A stretch of DNA of 64,000 bases. Source: a virus. The notes beneath the pieces were generated by a model. The model was not told where the DNA came from, ran no database searches, and was given only the letters and a program-made list of their open reading frames with translations. Location of the stretch: positions 1 to 64,000 of IMG/VR virus record IMGVR_UViG_3300036780_000119; one strand, 5' to 3'. Positions within the stretch are counted from its first letter, which is position 1. Each line of letters starts with the position of its first letter. The position numbers and the translations under genes are program-made. Below are positions 1 through 9,221 of this stretch, one piece after another.

Positions 1-783
1 GCAGCTGCTCAAAACCCCAACCGCCCAGCTTGCGGTGAACGGCGGGAGCCAGCACCCAGACAAACGCCGGGAGGGCGGCCACGGGCCGACGCTGGCCGAC
101 CAGGTGGAGTGCGAGCTCCTGCCGACACCGAACGCGACGGACAGCCAGGGTGGGCCGCGGAAGCTGCCGGAGAGACGGACGAGCGGAGGCAAGGACCACG
201 GGCCGCGGCAGGCCCGGGGCGAGGGAGGCCACTCCGACCTGGCCAGCGCGGCAATGTGGCTGGGCCAGGACCCGGCGCTGCTGCCGACCCCAGATGCGTC
301 GATGGGCACCGGGGGCCGGGTGTCGGCGACGCCGGGGGGGGAACGGGAATCGGGGGCGAAACGGTCGATCCCGCTGTCGGACGCGGTGACGCACTTCCTG
401 CCGACGCCGACGGCGATGGACTCCCATTCCTCCAGCGGCCGGAACCCAGACTGGGGCCACGGGACGACGCTGACGGACGCAGCCCAGTCAACTGGGGAAA
501 CTACGGGCCCGCCATCCGCCGGTGGGAGGCCGTCACCGGGCGGCCAGTTCCCCGGCCAACTGAGCCTGGACGAACTGGAGAACGGCTGAGCCCGCGGTTT
601 GTGGAGTGGCTGATGGGCTTGCCGGACGGCTGGGTCACCGATGTGCCGGGCCTGTCCCGCAACGCCCAGCTGAAAGCGCTCGGCAACGGCTGCGTCCCGC
701 AGCAGGTGGCGTTCGCGCTGCATGTCCTGGCCGGCCGGGTGCACGCGGAACGGGAACGTCAGACGGTACGGAGAACGGCATGA
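1..783 (+). CDS. DNA cytosine-C5 methyltransferase, C-terminal part (5'-partial)
   Basis: Frame open from base 1; ends in LSPRFVEWLMGLPDGW...QLKALGNGCVPQQ, typical of the motif IX/X end of actinophage C5 MTases. Confidence 0.8.
   Translation, partial: AAAQNPNRPACGERREPAPRQTPGGRPRADAGRPGGVRAPADTERDGQPGWAAEAAGETDERRQGPRAAAGPGRGRPLRPGQRGNVAGPGPGAAADPRCVDGHRGPGVGDAGGGTGIGGETVDPAVGRGDALPADADGDGLPFLQRPEPRLGPRDDADGRSPVNWGNYGPAIRRWEAVTGRPVPRPTEPGRTGERLSPRFVEWLMGLPDGWVTDVPGLSRNAQLKALGNGCVPQQVAFALHVLAGRVHAERERQTVRRTA
2..589 (+). CDS. Alternative-frame LLPTP-repeat polypeptide nested in the MTase gene (5'-partial)
   Basis: Second open frame with LLKTP/LLPTP/LLPTP/FLPTP repeats each followed by L-x-D/S segments; stop at 589. 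Confidence 0.65.
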   Translation, partial: QLLKTPTAQLAVNGGSQHPDKRREGGHGPTLADQVECELLPTPNATDSQGGPRKLPERRTSGGKDHGPRQARGEGGHSDLASAAMWLGQDPALLPTPDASMGTGGRVSATPGGERESGAKRSIPLSDAVTHFLPTPTAMDSHSSSGRNPDWGHGTTLTDAAQSTGETTGPPSAGGRPSPGGQFPGQLSLDELENG

Positions 784-869
784 CTACCTGCACGCCAGCG
801 AGGGAACGGGGAGGCGCCTATGAATCATCACGCCACGGGCCGTCTGATCGTCCTGGCGGGGAGGATCTG

Positions 870-1658
870 ATGCCGTGGGTTACATTCGATGACCAGTACC
901 CGATCCACCGGAAGGTGAGCGGCCTGTCGGATGCGGCGTTCCGCCTGCACACGGCGGCGATTTTCTGGTGTTCCCGGAACCTGACGAACGGGTTTATCCA
1001 GAAAGCCGATCTGGGGGATGTGCGCCCGCAGTTGCGGGCCCCGGGCCGGTTCGCTGCGGAATGTGTCAGCCGGGGAGTCTGGCATGTTTCCGGGTTTGAC
1101 TGCCCATCGCAGACGTGCCCGGCCCCGCGTGACGGGGACGGCTGGGTGGTCCATGACTATCTGGAGTTTCAGGAGACGAAAGTGAATGTGCTCACCCGGC
1201 GTGCCGAGACGGGGGTGAAGAAGTCTTTCGGCGGCAAACTTGGCAACCATATCCGGTGGCATGCGAACCGGGGGATCAGCGATCCCGGGTGCTGGTGGTG
1301 TGGTCACGCCCCGGGCTCGGTCCGATCGGGGAGCGACTCGGACCCCGATCGGACCGAGCGATCGGACTCCGATCGCTCCCCGATCGCCCCTATCCCTATC
1401 CCAGATAGATCTGGGGTTTCTGTAGTCGGATCCCCTGCAGACCGTAACGCGCGAACCGATCCGGATTTGATCAAGGACATTCAGGTGGCAATCCACGACC
1501 GCACCGGGTGGGACATCACCGACACGTGGGCCCGGCGGGTGATCGAGACCATCCTCGGTGGCCGGGCACCGGCCAACCCGGGCGCGTACTGCCGCAAGGC
1601 GATAGCCAGCGAAAACGACCCCCGCACCCGGTTCCTGCCGAACGGGGGCAGGCCGTAA
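870..1658 (+). CDS. Putative phage replication initiation protein
   Basis: MPWVTFDDQYPIHRKVSGLSDAAFRLH N-terminus resembles actinophage replisome-organizer proteins; GGAGG RBS; internal repeat-rich linker. Confidence 0.6.
   Translation: MPWVTFDDQYPIHRKVSGLSDAAFRLHTAAIFWCSRNLTNGFIQKADLGDVRPQLRAPGRFAAECVSRGVWHVSGFDCPSQTCPAPRDGDGWVVHDYLEFQETKVNVLTRRAETGVKKSFGGKLGNHIRWHANRGISDPGCWWCGHAPGSVRSGSDSDPDRTERSDSDRSPIAPIPIPDRSGVSVVGSPADRNARTDPDLIKDIQVAIHDRTGWDITDTWARRVIETILGGRAPANPGAYCRKAIASENDPRTRFLPNGGRP
1322..1387. repeat. Five CGATCG palindromes, candidate origin iterons
   Basis: CGATCG at 1323, 1346, 1359, 1370 and 1381 inside the replication gene. Confidence 0.5.
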
Positions 1659-1952
1659 ATGCCCACGTCAGCGGCGCCACAGTTGCTGGACCTGGCCGAG
1701 GCGATGCGCGGCCAGGTCTGGCGGGACCAGCTCGTGCCGGCGATGGCCGCAGCCAGGCAGCGGGGCTGGTCGTTCGAGCAGGTGGTGCTGTTCACCGCAC
1801 GGTTGCTGGTGCGTCCCGGTGCCACCCCCGCCGAACTCCTGGACGCCGTCCGTGACCCGCTGGACCGGGCACGCCGGCCGGCCCCCGATGTGGCTGTGCG
1901 GGGTGCGGCGCGGGCACGTTCCGCGCTCGAAGATGCCGGGGATGTGCCGTGA
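1659..1952 (+). CDS. Hypothetical protein
   Basis: Abuts previous stop, operon-like packing. Confidence 0.6.
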   Translation: MPTSAAPQLLDLAEAMRGQVWRDQLVPAMAAARQRGWSFEQVVLFTARLLVRPGATPAELLDAVRDPLDRARRPAPDVAVRGAARARSALEDAGDVP

Positions 1953-2167
1953 ACCCGGCACTTCGGCGTGCGGTTCAGGCGCTGGAAGCTGAACGTCTGG
2001 CACCGCTTCCGCGTGTCTCACGTGCTGTCGCGGTGGATGTTGATGACCTCATCGTGCTGCTGGAGCACGTGCGCCAGCGGACGCCGATGCGGCGGGTGCC
2101 CGCTGAGGTGGCGGACGTTTATGACCGGCTGGACCGGGCTGCCCGGCGGCAGCCGCGGGGAAAATAA
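1949..2167 (+). CDS. Hypothetical protein
   Basis: GTGA overlap with upstream gene. Confidence 0.55.
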   Translation: MNPALRRAVQALEAERLAPLPRVSRAVAVDVDDLIVLLEHVRQRTPMRRVPAEVADVYDRLDRAARRQPRGK

Positions 2168-2182
2168 ACGGGGGGTGGCCTG

Positions 2183-2395
2183 GTGAATCGTGACGCTATC
2201 CGTGATGGTGCTGAATTGTTTTACGCCCCGTCGGCGGGGAAAGCGGATACGACGCCGGCGGCGTTGCCGGAGCCGGTGGTCAATGGCGTGCCTGCCGTTG
2301 GTGATGTGCGGGATGTGCTTATCGCGGCCCGGCTGGCTGAGCGGGCGCGGGAAGCGCAGATTGTGGCCGGGCTGACCGGCCCGGCGGAACCGTGA
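2183..2395 (+). CDS. Hypothetical protein
   Basis: Operon context. Confidence 0.5.
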   Translation: MNRDAIRDGAELFYAPSAGKADTTPAALPEPVVNGVPAVGDVRDVLIAARLAERAREAQIVAGLTGPAEP

Positions 2396-2419
2396 ATCAT
2401 GAGAACGGAGGGTAAGGGC

Positions 2420-2716
2420 ATGCAGCAAAAACTGCGGCATAACCACGTGACTGCCGTGATAGCAGATAACTGCCCCGTGTGCCGGGCGCAGTTCCCGGAG
2501 CACTTGCCGGGGACGCCGGGAAAGTTTTGTGAGGTGGGGTGGCTGCCCGCCCGGGAGTGTCATCATTGCCGGGGGCCGGGGTACCGGCAGTGGGTGCCGT
2601 CGCGGTGCCAGACGGTGTGCGCGGGGCCGGGCTGCGTGGTGGTGATCCACCGGGGGGACCGGGCCCGCGCCGATGGGCGTGGCGGGCTGCTGTGTGCGGG
2701 ATGCGGCGAGGACTAG
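2420..2716 (+). CDS. Cys-rich hypothetical protein, putative zinc-binding
   Basis: Several CxxC pairs. Confidence 0.5.
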   Translation: MQQKLRHNHVTAVIADNCPVCRAQFPEHLPGTPGKFCEVGWLPARECHHCRGPGYRQWVPSRCQTVCAGPGCVVVIHRGDRARADGRGGLLCAGCGED

Positions 2717-3000
2717 GCGGCGGTGGTGCCGTCGTCGCTGGCGTTGCTGTCGGTGAGCTGGCGGCGGATCCAGGTGTGGGAGCGGCCGACGATGGCGGCG
2801 AGTTCGCGGTGGGACAGCCCCATGGCGTAGGCCTCGGCCAGGACGGCCCTCAGATCGTCGTCAGCGGCCTCGGCGGCGGCCCGGATGGTCTCTTCCCGGT
2901 CGCGGTGGCGGGTGGCGCCAGCGGCGGCCAGGCGGCGTGCCTGGTAGCGCCGCAGGTCGGGGTCACCTGCGTCGCCGGTCGTGGTCTCGTCGCCGATCAC
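2713..3000 (-). CDS. Small helix-turn-helix protein
   Basis: GLSHRELAAIVGRSHTWIRRQL HTH-like motif. Confidence 0.6.
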   Translation of the reverse strand: MIGDETTTGDAGDPDLRRYQARRLAAAGATRHRDREETIRAAAEAADDDLRAVLAEAYAMGLSHRELAAIVGRSHTWIRRQLTDSNASDDGTTAA

Positions 3001-3408
3001 GGGTGGCAGTATCCCATGACATCTTCGGCACGTCCACGTGCCAGTGCCGGAACGGGCTGTTTCCAGATGTGGCACAACTGGTTGACAGGCCGGGGCGGAG
3101 TTGGGAGAGTGTACCGGTCCTGAAATACCCGGCATCGTTTAAATGAGTCGAACAGATGTGCTATCCGGTACGTGAATTCACCGGCCTGCCACGCCGGCTA
3201 ACCCCCCATGAGATCCCGCAGGAAATGCTCACCTGCGAAGCGTGCAAAACGGCACCGGCCACCCATGTGGTCGTTTATGACTGGCAGGGCCGGCCGTTGC
3301 GGCGGATCAAGGTTTTCCTGTGCCGCCTGTGCGCTGATGACACGCCGGCGCTTCCCGGTGGCCGGTGGATATTCCGGCTGGCAGACGCCACCTACGAAGG
3401 CGGGGGCT

Positions 3409-4032
3409 GTGGCCGGTCATTACCGGATCCTGGTCACCGGGTCGCGTTCATGGACCGACATCGATGCGATCTGGCAGGCGTTCACGCTCGCCGCCGGCCG
3501 GTGCCCGCCAGAGCATGTGATCACTCTGGTGAATGGGCAGTGTGACCCCATTGACCCGCAATTGGGGGAATACGTGCCGTGGATGCGGGCTGTGCATATG
3601 CCACGCCCGCAGAAATACGCCCTGCCGGGGCTTGACTGGCTCGCCGCGCAGGTCGCCGCCGAATCCGGGTGGCGGCTGGAGTTCCACCCCGCTGCGGCGG
3701 GTTCGGGGCCGCGGGGCCCGATCCTGCGGAACGTGGAGATGGTGCACACCCGCCCGGATGAGTGCCTGGCGTTCGCGGGCGCGTGCACCATCACGGGATG
3801 CCGCAAACCGCCGCGGGGGCTGCGGCATCCCACCCACGGGACACAGCATTGCGGGCTGCTCGCGCACACCACGGGCATCCCCACGACCTGGTGGCCGGGG
3901 CCCGGTCTCGCCGGCTGGTTCACCAGGAAACAGCATCTGACACAAGGAAGGAACAGCCCACCATGCCCACAGCAACTGCCACACGTAGACGGCGTCACCC
4001 TCACCCACCCGGGCGACGGCTTGCTCTGGTAA
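3409..4032 (+). CDS. SLOG/YspA-like (DUF2493-type) protein
   Basis: YRILVTGSRSWTD...GPILRNVEMV...CLAF...GTQHC signature. Confidence 0.7.
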   Translation: MAGHYRILVTGSRSWTDIDAIWQAFTLAAGRCPPEHVITLVNGQCDPIDPQLGEYVPWMRAVHMPRPQKYALPGLDWLAAQVAAESGWRLEFHPAAAGSGPRGPILRNVEMVHTRPDECLAFAGACTITGCRKPPRGLRHPTHGTQHCGLLAHTTGIPTTWWPGPGLAGWFTRKQHLTQGRNSPPCPQQLPHVDGVTLTHPGDGLLW

Positions 4033-4457
4033 AAGACGAGCCTGTTGCCGAACTCACCGGCGAAGGGCAGGACTGGCTGCACGCCCTCGATGACGACTAC
4101 CTGTCCTGCCGGATAAAGCACAAGTGGCCCGACTACGACCTGCGGAAGGGCAAACGTCCCCGCGGTGTCAGCTACTTCGCGCAGCCCGATGGCCGCGTCA
4201 CCGAAACCGAAACGTGTTCCCGGTGCGGCAAGCAGCGGTGGCGGCTGTCCAAGATCGGCGGCTACCTCGACCCGCACGCCAACTGGCACTATGAGGACCC
4301 GCCTGGGTTCAAGTCGCCGAAGGGGGCGAACGTCACCAGGAGTACCTGCCGGCTGGAATACGCCCGGCGGGTGGATGAAAGCCCGGTCGGGCAGATGATG
4401 CAGGACATGGCCGCCACCGTCCTGCAGCACCAGGACGGGGGGGTGCTGGCCGGATGA
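3963..4457 (+). CDS. Hypothetical phage protein
   Basis: AAGGAAGG RBS, C/H and CxxC motif. Confidence 0.6.
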   Translation: MPTATATRRRRHPHPPGRRLALVKDEPVAELTGEGQDWLHALDDDYLSCRIKHKWPDYDLRKGKRPRGVSYFAQPDGRVTETETCSRCGKQRWRLSKIGGYLDPHANWHYEDPPGFKSPKGANVTRSTCRLEYARRVDESPVGQMMQDMAATVLQHQDGGVLAG

Positions 4458-4714
4458 GGCTGCAGAAACGCGGGGACGAGCCCCGCGAGATACCAGACCG
4501 GGATCTGGAAGACGGCTTCCTCGCCGCCTATGTCGGGCGTGACCCGCTGATGCCGCTGCGGCAGGCGCTCGCGGTGTTCCTGCGGCGCACCGCAGGGGAG
4601 GACGGCCAGAATGCCGTCTGGTGGGACGCCGAGCAGTTTGAGGACTTGTACCGGAAGGTGGTCGCCCGGCTCCGGCTGATCGCCAGCGCCCTGCCCGATG
4701 ACGTCAGCATCTGA
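4454..4714 (+). CDS. Hypothetical protein
   Basis: ATGA overlap. Confidence 0.55.
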   Translation: MRLQKRGDEPREIPDRDLEDGFLAAYVGRDPLMPLRQALAVFLRRTAGEDGQNAVWWDAEQFEDLYRKVVARLRLIASALPDDVSI

Positions 4715-4917
4715 TGTTCGCTGACCCGCCGGTGTTCGTCTGCCCCTGCTGCGGCCAGTGGAGCGCCCACCCAGAGGACGTCCGGGAAGGCTACTGCGGC
4801 CGGTGTCACTGGCAGACCGGCGATCCCGAACTCGGCCCGGCGCACATGGCCGGCCCGTGCACCATGCGTGACAACCAGACAAGGCAAGGAAACACACCAT
4901 GGGTGAACGTCACCTGA
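4714..4917 (+). CDS. Small zinc-finger protein
   Basis: CPCC...EGYCGRCH. Confidence 0.55.
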   Translation: MFADPPVFVCPCCGQWSAHPEDVREGYCGRCHWQTGDPELGPAHMAGPCTMRDNQTRQGNTPWVNVT

Positions 4918-5678
4918 TCCAGTTCTTTGACGACCTGATCAAGTCCCGCACCGGGCAGGAAGTCACCGACGGTGTCTACACCGTCTACTTCTACGTGGAA
5001 GGCCGGTGGTACGCAGCCGATTTCGGCCCGGACAGCCGCGAGGAGTACGGCAAGGCGCTCCTGCCGTTCCGGGAGGTTGCCCGGCCCGTCCGCGGCCCCG
5101 GCCGCGGGAAGAAAGCCAGCGGGCCACCGCCGCTGGGCACGCCGCAGGACACGCCGCCGCAGGCGTCTAAAGCTGCGGGGAAAGCCGCGGTGACCGAACG
5201 CAACGCGCAGATCAAGGCGTGGGCGCTGACCACCGGCCGGTACAGCGAGAACGACATCCCCCGGCATGGCCGCACCCCCGCCGTGATCATCGAGGACTTC
5301 TACAGCAGCAACCCGGACGTGGCCCGGTTGCCCACCCACCAGCCGCCACGCCACCCCGTCCCGGCCGCCAGCGCGGCTGGAGAGCCGGCCAAACCGCAGA
5401 CCGGGGCCAAACCAGGCACCAAGGACACACCCGGCGCGGACCATCCGCTGATGGCCGCGGCAGGGAAACGCAACGCCGACCTGGCCAAGGCGATACGCAA
5501 CTGGGCGCTCGACCCAAAAGGTGGCGGCTGCACGCCAGAAGACTTTCCCGGCTGGTTCCCCACCCGGGAAATACGGGACCGGTGCCTGGCCTGGGCCGAA
5601 AGCAGCCCGGCGAAAGCCCGCAAGGCGCGCCTGGCGGCGGTGGACGGGAAACTGCAGCTGGTGGAGCCAGCCGGGTGA
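4899..5678 (+). CDS. Lsr2-like nucleoid-associated protein
   Basis: N-terminal DD...TVYF..Y..D dimerisation-like region; IKAWA...HGRTP AT-hook-like domain; second IRNWA repeat. Confidence 0.7.
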   Translation: MGERHLIQFFDDLIKSRTGQEVTDGVYTVYFYVEGRWYAADFGPDSREEYGKALLPFREVARPVRGPGRGKKASGPPPLGTPQDTPPQASKAAGKAAVTERNAQIKAWALTTGRYSENDIPRHGRTPAVIIEDFYSSNPDVARLPTHQPPRHPVPAASAAGEPAKPQTGAKPGTKDTPGADHPLMAAAGKRNADLAKAIRNWALDPKGGGCTPEDFPGWFPTREIRDRCLAWAESSPAKARKARLAAVDGKLQLVEPAG

Positions 5679-6169
5679 AGCAGCCACCACCGCGGCATGC
5701 CACCCGGCTGGTCACCCCTGCCGAGCCCGTCCGCCCGTGGCTCGGCAACCAGCCCATCCCCATCGATGAGGGGATCGCCGGCCTGATCGGCGAATGCTGG
5801 CGGCAGGGCATCGTCACGGTGTCCTGCTGCCAGCATGGCCTGCTCACCAGCAAAACGGAGATCACGTTCTTCCACCACCGGCACGCCACCCCGTTCATGA
5901 ACGCGGTTCTCCAGCGTGACCTGGCCGGCGCTCCTGATCTCAGCGACGACCTCACCCGGCGGGCCCGGAACTGGCAGGTGACCGGGGAACCCGCGCCCTA
6001 TCCGTGGCGGGACGGCTGGGAATACCAGTCCGCGCCCGAACTCTACCCCGGCGGCACCGGGTGGCTGATCGAGGTCCGGTTCCCTGGCACCGACATCGGT
6101 GAAGTCACCCAGCGGCTCCGCGCCGCCACGGCCAGGGGGGAACCATGCCAGATGCGGATCCCAGCCTGA
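5675..6169 (+). CDS. Hypothetical protein
   Basis: GTGA overlap; IDEGIAGLI..CW..GI.T..CCQ motif. Confidence 0.6.
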   Translation: MKQPPPRHATRLVTPAEPVRPWLGNQPIPIDEGIAGLIGECWRQGIVTVSCCQHGLLTSKTEITFFHHRHATPFMNAVLQRDLAGAPDLSDDLTRRARNWQVTGEPAPYPWRDGWEYQSAPELYPGGTGWLIEVRFPGTDIGEVTQRLRAATARGEPCQMRIPA

Positions 6170-6414
6170 CCCCGGAAGAGGTGATCAATCTTGTCCGGCA
6201 GGCGAGCTGCCCCCTCGGCTGGGCACGCTGGCACCCGTGCGTCGAACAGCCCGAGCCCGGCATGCACCTGGGCCGGTTCTGGCACGCCATCGCCATCGGC
6301 CTGCCCCGCAGCATCTACGGCAAGGTGGAAGCCATCGCCGCCCGGTACGCCGGTGGCCGGCCCGTCCGCGGCGACATCATCATCCCCGACCAGGCACTGA
6401 TCGACCTCCTATGA
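6145..6414 (+). CDS. Hypothetical protein
   Basis: Operon context. Confidence 0.5.
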   Translation: MPDADPSLTPEEVINLVRQASCPLGWARWHPCVEQPEPGMHLGRFWHAIAIGLPRSIYGKVEAIAARYAGGRPVRGDIIIPDQALIDLL

Positions 6415-6683
6415 CACCGCGATTCGACTGGGTGATGTTCACCGCCACCCTCCTGTACCCGCCGGTGTGGGCGGCGGTGGTCGTGCGGGTGCTGCTGCCA
6501 GGCTTCTGGCAGGCCCGGCCACCCTGGGTCCGCCGCTGGATGCGGTTCACCTGGATTGTCTACATCGCGATGCTGCTCATCGGCGCGGTCAGCGGCGACA
6601 ACTCGGCTGTCGACGCCGCCACCACCGGGCTTGTCATCCTCTGCATCATCTCGTGGTGGCACCGCAGCGGGCAGCGCACCTGA
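6411..6683 (+). CDS. Membrane protein
   Basis: Hydrophobic segments, ATGA overlap. Confidence 0.55.
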   Translation: MTPRFDWVMFTATLLYPPVWAAVVVRVLLPGFWQARPPWVRRWMRFTWIVYIAMLLIGAVSGDNSAVDAATTGLVILCIISWWHRSGQRT

Positions 6684-6741
6684 CCTCATACACCGTCAAC
6701 CCCGGGACAGTTATTTGAGTATCACCAGCAACCTCATCGCC

Positions 6742-7017
6742 ATGGCCATCGCCATCCCCGTCGTCCCGTACGTGGCGGCGCTGATCCGGCTGGCCGCCGA
6801 AGGGTGGCCGTCAGCGGGATGGTGGATCGGCGGCTACGCCGCCGGGCTGGTCTTCGCCGCCGCCGCCATACCCGAACGGGCCGGCGCGGTCACCGGGGTT
6901 CTGCTCAGCGCCCTGGCCGTGCTGCTCACCTGCCGGCAGGTGCCGCGGCTGCTTTCCGCCAGGCGAACACCAGCGGAACCGCAGCCACCGCACCCACCCC
7001 ACCACACGCGGCTATGA
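6742..7017 (+). CDS. Membrane protein
   Basis: Three hydrophobic segments. Confidence 0.45.
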   Translation: MAIAIPVVPYVAALIRLAAEGWPSAGWWIGGYAAGLVFAAAAIPERAGAVTGVLLSALAVLLTCRQVPRLLSARRTPAEPQPPHPPHHTRL

Positions 7018-8152
7018 CCAGCGACGGGTGCACGTGCTGCGCGACCGCCCCGGCGACGATGAACAGCAGTCCCTGCCCGAAGTACATCCCCGCCCCGTAG
7101 GCACCCATGGCCTGGCCACGATGCTCGTCAGGGACGGCGGTTATCAGCGCATTCACTGCCACCGGCTGGTACCCGATGCACAGGCACGAAGCAGTCAGGA
7201 TGATGACCGTGCCGGCCAGGGAGACGGGCAGCAAGAACAGCAGCAGCAGCGCACACGCGCCCATGGCGAGGATGGCGGCATAGCTGGAGGCCCGTTTGCC
7301 CCCGGCGAGCCGGGCGTAGAGGGCCAGCCCAGCGGCGGTAGCGCCGGTGACGGCGGCGAGCAGCCATCCGGCCGTGGGGGCACCCCCGCCGAGCTGGTGA
7401 GCCAGCGGCACGATGACGCCGCCCTCGGTGACGCCATAGAACGCGGCGAGCCACATGAGCAGCATGGCAGTACGTGCCAGCGGGGAGGCGAACACGGCCC
7501 GCAGGCCGGCCAGGAGTTCGGGCCGTTCGGGCCGGGCTGTGCTGTCAGCCGCAGGCCGGGGTTTGACCCCGTATCTGACCAGCAGCGCCGATACCGCGAA
7601 CGTTGCCGCGTCGATCAGCAGCGCCGTCCGCACGCCGGCGACGCCGGCGATCACGCCACCGGCGCCGAACCCCACTAGCTGGGCAACCTGGTAGGTGGTC
7701 TGGGTGATCGCACTGCCGAGCGTGAACCGGTCACCGAGGACTTTCCTGTTCGTCGCCGACCGGGCGTCGAGGAACGGTTCGCTGGCCATGCCGACGGCAA
7801 ACAGCAAGGCGATGAGGACGCCGGGCGGCACGCCGGGGACGGCCATGACCAAGACGAGGATCAGGCAGATGATGTCGCTGCTGATCATGACAAGGTGGCG
7901 TGGGAACCGGTCGGCTACCCAGGACAGGCAAAGACCGGAAACGCCCATGGCCAGGGGAGTGACAGCGAACGCGGCAGCCGACAGCAGCGGGCTGCCGGTA
8001 CGTCCGTACACGAGGACGGCCAGAGCGATCCTCGCGAACTGGTCACCAGTGATCGAGACCAGCTGCCCGGCCCACAAGGCCCGGAATTGGGGTTCGGCGA
8101 ACACCTGCCGGTAAGTGGCCTTCTGGGATGTTGCCGTGTTAACTGCCATCAT
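6926..8152 (-). CDS. MFS transporter
   Basis: FRALWAGQLVSITGDQ, WVADRFPRH motif A, about 12 hydrophobic helices. Confidence 0.9.
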   Translation of the reverse strand: MMAVNTATSQKATYRQVFAEPQFRALWAGQLVSITGDQFARIALAVLVYGRTGSPLLSAAAFAVTPLAMGVSGLCLSWVADRFPRHLVMISSDIICLILVLVMAVPGVPPGVLIALLFAVGMASEPFLDARSATNRKVLGDRFTLGSAITQTTYQVAQLVGFGAGGVIAGVAGVRTALLIDAATFAVSALLVRYGVKPRPAADSTARPERPELLAGLRAVFASPLARTAMLLMWLAAFYGVTEGGVIVPLAHQLGGGAPTAGWLLAAVTGATAAGLALYARLAGGKRASSYAAILAMGACALLLLFLLPVSLAGTVIILTASCLCIGYQPVAVNALITAVPDEHRGQAMGAYGAGMYFGQGLLFIVAGAVAQHVHPSLVIAACGGVGAVAAVPLVFAWRKAAAAPAGR

Positions 8153-8442
8153 TCAGCCTCCGCAACGGCCCGGTTCAGTGCCTCACATCCGGCTGCGGTG
8201 ATGCGGTAGTGGATGGGGTTTATTTTCTGCCCATGCCGGCCACACACCCTTTCGGCCAGGCCGTCGCGGATCAGCCGGGCCGCAGCAGCAGTACACCGCT
8301 TCCGGGAGCATCCAGTCGCCCGGATCAGGTCATGCACGTCACACGGAATACCGTCCCAGTAATGCATCACGGCAAGAACGGCACGGTCACGGCCGGCGAG
8401 TGTGGAAAGGTCAGCCCCTGGGAACAACTCGGCTGCTGTCAT
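8149..8442 (-). CDS. Winged-helix (MarR-like) protein
   Basis: DLIRATGCSR...LIRDGLAER...YRITAAG. Confidence 0.6.
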   Translation of the reverse strand: MTAAELFPGADLSTLAGRDRAVLAVMHYWDGIPCDVHDLIRATGCSRKRCTAAAARLIRDGLAERVCGRHGQKINPIHYRITAAGCEALNRAVAEAE

Positions 8443-8656
8443 GGAGGAGGCTGCGGGTGAATGCCCGCCACGCGGCCGGGCTGACCAGCAGCCGGGGCCC
8501 GGCAGGATCCTTGGAGTCGCGGACCGCGACGACCCCGGCCCCCGTGCCGGCCTCAACACACTGACCGAGACTGTAGCTGTGGCTGGCCTTACGCCACGCC
8601 ACCACCTCGACACACTGACCCTGGGCGGTGCTGTGGCTGGATTTGCGCCAGTTCAT
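8411..8656 (-). CDS. DUF397 domain protein
   Basis: WRKSSHS..GQCVEV (duplicated), VAVRDSKDP. Confidence 0.85.
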   Translation of the reverse strand: MNWRKSSHSTAQGQCVEVVAWRKASHSYSLGQCVEAGTGAGVVAVRDSKDPAGPRLLVSPAAWRAFTRSLLHDSSRVVPRG

Positions 8657-8665
8657 GGCAGCCGG

Positions 8666-8914
8666 CTACTGGCCGAACCGGTCGAACTCGCCATTGCGGA
8701 CACCACCCACGAACGCATCCCACTCGTCGGGCGTGAAACGCAGGACCGGGCCCCGGCGGTGCCGGGAGTTACGGACCGCAACCCCCCCCTCGGGAAGGTT
8801 TGCGACCTCAACACAGTTGCCGTTAGAGAAGCTGAGACTGGACTTAACCCACGTGAGCGACCTGACCAGCTTGACCCACCGCAGGAACCCAGGACGCCGC
8901 ATGCTGTTTGCCAT
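8666..8914 (-). CDS. DUF397 domain protein
   Basis: WVKSSLS..NGNCVEVA..GGVAVRNS..GPVLRFTPDEWDAF. Confidence 0.9.
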   Translation of the reverse strand: MANSMRRPGFLRWVKLVRSLTWVKSSLSFSNGNCVEVANLPEGGVAVRNSRHRRGPVLRFTPDEWDAFVGGVRNGEFDRFGQ

Positions 8915-8948
8915 GCTGCGGATACTAAACCGGGGCAATATTATCCGG

Positions 8949-8974
8949 TAGCTGCATGACCCCCTCAGTAACGT
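8949..8974 (+). promoter_or_regulatory. Recurrent promoter motif heading the tRNA island
   Basis: TAGCTGCA-N12-TAACGT. Confidence 0.55.
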
Positions 8975-9221
8975 GATTGTCACCTCACCGTTACAGGGTC
9001 TACCCTGGGAGCAGTGAGGACGAAAGGGACACCCATGTACGGCAGCACCACCAGCATCGCCGCACGGCACCCCGTGCCCGGCAGGGCGTGGGCGCCGCAC
9101 GGCACCCTGGCGACCCGCCAGGAGGCTCCCAGGTAACACCCCCCGAGGGGCATCTGGGAGCCGTCCGCAAAGCATCACGCGGGCGGCTTTCCTTATGCCC
9201 GGCGGCAACTGCATACAGCGA

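Noticed and set aside
895-903. Self-target of a spacer (cagtacccg)
   Set aside because: Only one 9-mer matches, with no adjacent partner spacer; expected by chance
9035-9200. Trp-sensing attenuator leader before tRNA-Trp
   Set aside because: A short ORF with RBS and a following hairpin exist, but there is only one Trp codon and no clear antiterminator
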